32,318 nt of DNA from Rhodospirillales bacterium (GTDB taxonomy: Bacteria; Pseudomonadota; Alphaproteobacteria; Rhodospirillales; JADHTD01): contig JADHTD010000002.1 in assembly GCA_016776525.1 (NCBI GenBank), forward strand, positions 1 through 32,318, in the 5' to 3' direction. Numbering within the stretch: position 1 is the first letter of the stretch; each line of letters opens with the position of its first letter. Below the pieces are notes generated by a model. It saw only the letters and a list, made by a program, of their open reading frames with translations. It made no database searches and was not told where the DNA came from. Both the position numbers and the translations under genes were made by a program. Below are positions 28,776-32,318 of the stretch, piece by piece.

Positions 28776-28789
28776 TTGATGGCGATCAA
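28776..28789. promoter_or_regulatory. perfect FNR/Dnr-type box TTGAT-GGCG-ATCAA between nnrS and the FGE-domain gene
   Basis: 10/10 match to TTGAT-N4-ATCAA. Candidate -10 elements on both strands: TATAAC at 28815-28820 (plus) and TAGATT at 28752-28747 (minus). Confidence 0.75.
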
Positions 28790-28930
28790 ATTAGATAAGT
28801 GTAATCTTTTGCCTTATAACGGACATATAAATGGTTATCGTATGCTTGACGGCAGCGGTCCCGGCGGCCGTATCATACGGGCCTTCAGTGAACGGCATGG
28901 CACAACATCAAAAGGCGGATAGGGTCTAAA

Positions 28931-29766
28931 ATGCGTTACGTATCGGTTATTCTTTTTCTGACCGTCTTCCTGGCCCTGCCGGGCCCTGCCCAGGCCCAGG
29001 CCCAGGCCAGCGGTCCCACGGCCACCCCAAAGGCAGGCAAGCTTTTCCGCGACTGTCCGCAATGTCCGATCATGGTCGTCATCCCGGCCGGCAGTTACGT
29101 CATGGGATCGGATGACCCGGGCCCCCGCGGAAAATACCGCTATGAGCTGCCGGCTCACAAAGTGACCATTCCCCACCCCTTTGCCATCGGACAATACGAA
29201 GTGACCTTTCAGGAATGGGAGGCCTGCCACAAGGACGGCGTCTGCAGCGTCCTGCCCGACGACCACAAATGGGGAAAGGGCCGCCGCCCCATCATGAACA
29301 TCTCCTTTGCCCATACCGGGGAATACCTGCGCTGGATCAGCAAGAAGACGGGTAAGGCTTACCGCCTCCAAGCGAAGCCGAATGGGAGTACGCGGCCCGC
29401 GGCGGCACCACGACCCAATACTCCTGGGGCGACGCGCCCGGCAAAACCAACGCCAACTGCCGTACCTGTCTGCCGAAAATTCCACACCAGACTTTTCCCG
29501 TCGGCACCTACAAGCCGAACCCGTTCGGCCTCTATGATGTGCACGGCAATGTCTGGGAATGGATGCAGGATTGCTGGACGCCCCATTATATCGGCGCCCC
29601 CACCGACGGCTCGCCGCGCACCAGCGGCGACTGCAAATACCGGGTGACCCGTAGCGGGTCCTGGTATTATGTGTCGTCCAACGTCCGTTCCGCCTACCGG
29701 GCAAAATTCCTGGCCAAGGCCTTCAGCTACGGCATCGGCATGCGGGTAGTCAGGGAACTCCCCTGA
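28931..29766 (+). pseudogene. formylglycine-generating enzyme (FGE-sulfatase / SUMF1) domain protein, interrupted by a 1-nt frameshift
   Basis: Signal peptide MRYVSVILFLTVFLALPGPAQA. The N-part frame (28931..) loses family similarity after KAYRL at about 29366-29370. Shifting one base restores SEAEWEYAARGGTTTQYSWGD...LYDVHGNVWEWMQDCW...RSGSW, which continues into ORF 29539..29766. Confidence 0.8.
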
Positions 29767-29791
29767 GCAAACGGAGCGGCCATCATCTCGG

Positions 29792-29870
29792 TATTTACGG
29801 ACTATCGCGGAGCGCAGCGACTAGCGAGTTTTCCCGAGAGCTTGACCCCAACCGGTGGGGGTCGAGTCCC
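29792..29870. repeat. short degenerate copy (E2) of the E1 element family
   Basis: Left end TATTTACGGACT. The right part GTTTTCCCGAGAGCTTGACCCCAACCGGTGGGGGTCGAGTCCC parallels the E1 right part GGTTTCCCCCTCGCTTATCCCCGGTGCGG...GGAGTCGAGTC. Confidence 0.55.
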
Positions 29871-30090
29871 AACAATCAAACCGGCGCTTGAGCGCAATCC
29901 AAAAAGAAAGAAAACGCTTCGTGTTGGTTATCTTCGCGGGGCTTAAGTCCCGCACCCCATATATGATTTTTTAAGCCTTTAGGAGCCGTTTTTAGGCGTT
30001 TTGACCCCGTTTAAAACGGACTAAGCCTTTCATATCATTCAAAATGGGGGTGTTTTGGCGGCAAGACCTCAACCTTTCTCATCATTTTTA

Positions 30091-30275
30091 TATTTACGGG
30101 GACTCGACCCCGACCTAACAGCACCTGAAAAACGCCAGAAAAGGGAGTTTGCCACCAACCCAAGCGCACCCGGAACAGGCACGGGGGAGTAACTAATCTT
30201 ATTCACCCTGTCAAAGAACGAACCGCCTATCCCCGACAGACGGAGTGTCGGCAGGATGGGGTTGCGAATATAAAA
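30091..30275. repeat. copy (E3) of the E1 element family with degenerate right arm
   Basis: 30100-30127 matches 13078-13105 at 24/28 positions (GGACTCGAC.CC.ACC.AAC.GCACCTG). It shares the internal CGC(C/T)TATCCCCG segment and an ATAAA-type right flank. It is preceded by the same TATTTAC as E2. Confidence 0.6.
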
Positions 30276-30679
30276 ATGTGCGGGGAGAGTATCCTGAATT
30301 TATGCGGCTGTAAAGGAATATTTTCATTTATAATAGAATAATTTCCGGTTATTGATGCTGATTGCCAGGGTGGGGGTCTTGTTTATGGGGACTGGCTGGG
30401 GGGTGAATGAGGCCTGTTTGCTTTAGAGCGCTAAGCGGACATAAGTAACAGTGGCGGCTGATGTCTGCTTATGACCCTAAGCGGATATGAGTTGGTATGT
30501 CGGTCACTCCAATAAGCCGTTATCCCCTTAACAAAAATTGTTCTTTAACATGCTGATTTGAATACGGTTCTAGAAATTTAAATTATTATCCCTACAATTT
30601 CGAAAACATCGCATTGACGCTTGGGGAATTGGTAACTCGAAATTGATAAACAACCAATTCGAATTTAGGGGAGTAACAT

Positions 30680-30925
30680 ATGAAACGCGTTGCTGAAAAA
30701 ATTGAGGCTGTCGCCCACAATCCATACCTCAATGTTATTGTCGGTGTGGTGTTGTTGCTAACCGGTCTGGCGGAAGCCGGGGAAACATTGACTGATGACC
30801 TGTCGGGCCTCAATTTCGGCGCTCACCACGGGGTCATGATCTTCGGCTTTGTGCACGCCTTTAAATCACTGCCGGCCATCGTCCTCGGCATTGAGTTGGC
30901 GCATCAGCACAGGGAAAAAGAATGA
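30680..30925 (+). CDS. small membrane protein (81 aa, two predicted TM helices), function unknown
   Basis: Strong RBS GGGGAG 6 nt before the ATG. Hydrophobic segments LNVIVGVVLLLTGL and GVMIFGFVHAFKSLPAIVLGI. Confidence 0.6.
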   Translation: MKRVAEKIEAVAHNPYLNVIVGVVLLLTGLAEAGETLTDDLSGLNFGAHHGVMIFGFVHAFKSLPAIVLGIELAHQHREKE

Positions 30926-30954
30926 AGCCGGCGCTTCTTCAGGAACTTTTAGCC

Positions 30955-31812
30955 CTATGTTTCACGGGCCTTTTCCGCCGCCATCCGAAGACCTTGCAAT
31001 AAAGGATTTTCCTTTAAATTCCCGGCCTTAAATTCCTGGCCCCCTGAAACAGCGATAATGGATTCAACGTGCAGTTTAACCACTTCCAACTGTACCGGAT
31101 TGGGAACCCCCAATTCGGCCATGAATTCATTTAAATGGCCGAGGATGGCTTCAATCAGAAAATGCCTGTCCGTATCGAGGTTGGCCTGGTTGGCAACCGC
31201 ATAGGAGGCATTCCTAAATTCACTGAGTTGCTTTGTTTTGTCCTTGCCGGAAAAGAGAACCGCTTCGACGCTGTTCTCAAGCCGTTCGATTTCCGGCGGT
31301 ATGGATGATGTTTCATCTTCGCGGACAGTTTCGGTGACGGCTTCCACGTTGGCCAGGGCCCGGATGTAAACCTGGTCGTCGTTGTCGGCCTTGTCACCCC
31401 CCATGGCCAGACGCATGCGGATGGCGCCGATGATCTTCTTTTCCAGATGCTCCAGCGTATAAGGCTTTAGGATATAGGCAAAAACTCCGGCTTGGCGGGC
31501 TTCCGCCACCTGTTCGACACGGTCGTTGCTGGTCAGCATGACAAACGGAACGCCGGGCCAGCGATGGTGCACGATACGCAGGAAATCGAGGCCGTTCAGC
31601 GTCGGCATGTTCCAGTCGGAAATGATCAGTTCAATATTGGGAAATTTTTCAATGAGTTCGTAGGCTTCTTTGCCATCATTGGCTTCCAGTACGGTGCGGA
31701 AGCCCAACTGGTAAAGGGCTGCCCTGGCCAATTCAAAGTCGAATTCATTGTCATCGGCCAACAACACCCGCATTTTGGAAAAATCGTCGCCGATTTTCTT
31801 GAATAAGGACAT
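30955..31812 (-). CDS. response regulator: CheY-like receiver plus ~150-aa unassigned C-terminal domain
   Basis: Receiver residues LLADDNEFD, phospho-acceptor ISDWNMP, MLTS and ILKP. The C-terminal half is helical-looking with no motif I can assign. Confidence 0.8.
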   Translation of the reverse strand: MSLFKKIGDDFSKMRVLLADDNEFDFELARAALYQLGFRTVLEANDGKEAYELIEKFPNIELIISDWNMPTLNGLDFLRIVHHRWPGVPFVMLTSNDRVEQVAEARQAGVFAYILKPYTLEHLEKKIIGAIRMRLAMGGDKADNDDQVYIRALANVEAVTETVREDETSSIPPEIERLENSVEAVLFSGKDKTKQLSEFRNASYAVANQANLDTDRHFLIEAILGHLNEFMAELGVPNPVQLEVVKLHVESIIAVSGGQEFKAGNLKENPLLQGLRMAAEKARET

Positions 31813-31987
31813 GCTTTCCCCGCAACCTGCCGCCGATATCGAATCCGTAATCTCTTCCCCAACGGAAGACTACCCGAAAAATTGCCCCTTTGCCAACTAA
31901 CCCCTTGCTTGCTCAGGGTTATTTTTCAGAAAGAGCGTGCAGACTCTGTTTTTTCAAGATCCCCGGAATCGGTTGAAGAGCCTCCGT

Positions 31988-32318
31988 TTACTTGCTTTCC
32001 AATACCCAGACGCCGTCCCAGTCCGGCAGCGGCGGGGTCAGGCGGAACTGGCGGATACGGTCCAGGTAGGTCCTGGCCGGTTTATCGTCCGGCATCAATT
32101 CGAGGACCGCCCGGAAGGCCTGATCGGCTTCCTCCCAGGCTTTGCGGCGATAGGCCTCCAGGCCTTTTTTGAATTGCAGTTGGGCTTCGAAAGTCGAGTC
32201 CGCCCCCTCGGCAGGGGTGGCCAGCAATTCGTAGATGCGGATCGGCTCAACCTTGCCCTTGACCCGCAGCAAATCCATTTCCCGGAAGGAAAGGCCCGAT
32301 GACGCCGCCCCGTCATGG
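31988..32318 (-). CDS. class III adenylate/guanylate cyclase, C-terminal part (5' end outside window)
   Basis: The frame is open to the window edge (..HDGAASSGLSFREMDLLRVKGKVEPIRIYELL). This is the typical end of a CYC catalytic domain, followed by a short helical tail. Confidence 0.7.
   Translation of the reverse strand, partial: HDGAASSGLSFREMDLLRVKGKVEPIRIYELLATPAEGADSTFEAQLQFKKGLEAYRRKAWEEADQAFRAVLELMPDDKPARTYLDRIRQFRLTPPLPDWDGVWVLESK

Noticed and set aside
29857-29870. tRNA T-arm-like GGGGGTCGAGTCCC, and its inverted twin at 30098-30111.
   Set aside because: The loop would be 6 nt. No acceptor, D or anticodon arms can be built around either copy. They are better explained as termini of the repeat family.
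29930-30070. Possible two-piece (permuted) alphaproteobacterial tmRNA: T-arm-like GCGGG-GCTTAAGT-CCCGC followed by CACCCCA, and downstream GGGGGTG that could pair as an acceptor stem.
   Set aside because: The loop is 8 nt rather than the 7-nt T-loop. There is no G3:U70 pair and no encoded CCA. No tag reading frame ends in the usual Ala-Ala; the only nearby frame reads ATNPSAPGTGTGE.
32193-32207. GTCGAGTCCGCCCCC inside the cyclase gene, resembling the repeat-family terminus.
   Set aside because: Only about 9 nt match. It lies in frame within conserved coding sequence and has no partner arm, so it is most likely coincidence.

Overview
GC-rich chromosomal segment. Gene content suggests a facultatively anaerobic or microaerophilic alphaproteobacterium, but that is inference only. 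I support 31 protein-coding genes plus one frameshifted gene.

Gene blocks, left to right:
- 1-4237: 3' part of a c-type cytochrome gene; a UbiA-prenyltransferase + COQ10/RatA-like operon; an orphan CoxL-like molybdo-hydroxylase large subunit.
- 4378-9282: an Asp/Glu-racemase-fold protein with one Cys; a Hanks-type Ser/Thr kinase with a Lys/Pro/Ala-rich tail; a VOC / flavin-monooxygenase / aldo-keto-reductase trio.
- 9542-13064: sulfur assimilation operon (sulfite/nitrite reductase-like hemoprotein, APS-reductase-type cysH, cysC).
- 13282-18741: queuosine cluster (queA-tgt-queF, a translationally coupled GST, a 103-aa unknown, a VUT/YhhQ-type transporter, queG).
- 18971-29766: anaerobic-metabolism block (nifJ-type PFOR, DHOD-like protein, korAB, Crp/Fnr regulator, nnrS, frameshifted FGE-sulfatase-domain gene). 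Three FNR-type boxes sit at class-II-like distances from candidate -10 elements.
- 30680-32318: small membrane protein; a response regulator with an unassigned C-terminal domain; the 3' end of a class III nucleotide cyclase.

Most unusual:
1. A 913-bp ORF-free, repeat- and hairpin-rich intergenic block (29767-30679).
2. It holds two copies of a MITE/RIME-like inverted-repeat element; the best copy lies between cysC and queA.
3. The sulfite-reductase-like protein carries the full cluster Cys pattern in both halves plus a ~160-aa C-terminal extension.

No CRISPR array, rRNA, convincing tRNA, transposase or integrase was seen. Many long antisense ORFs in the track look like GC-driven shadow frames.
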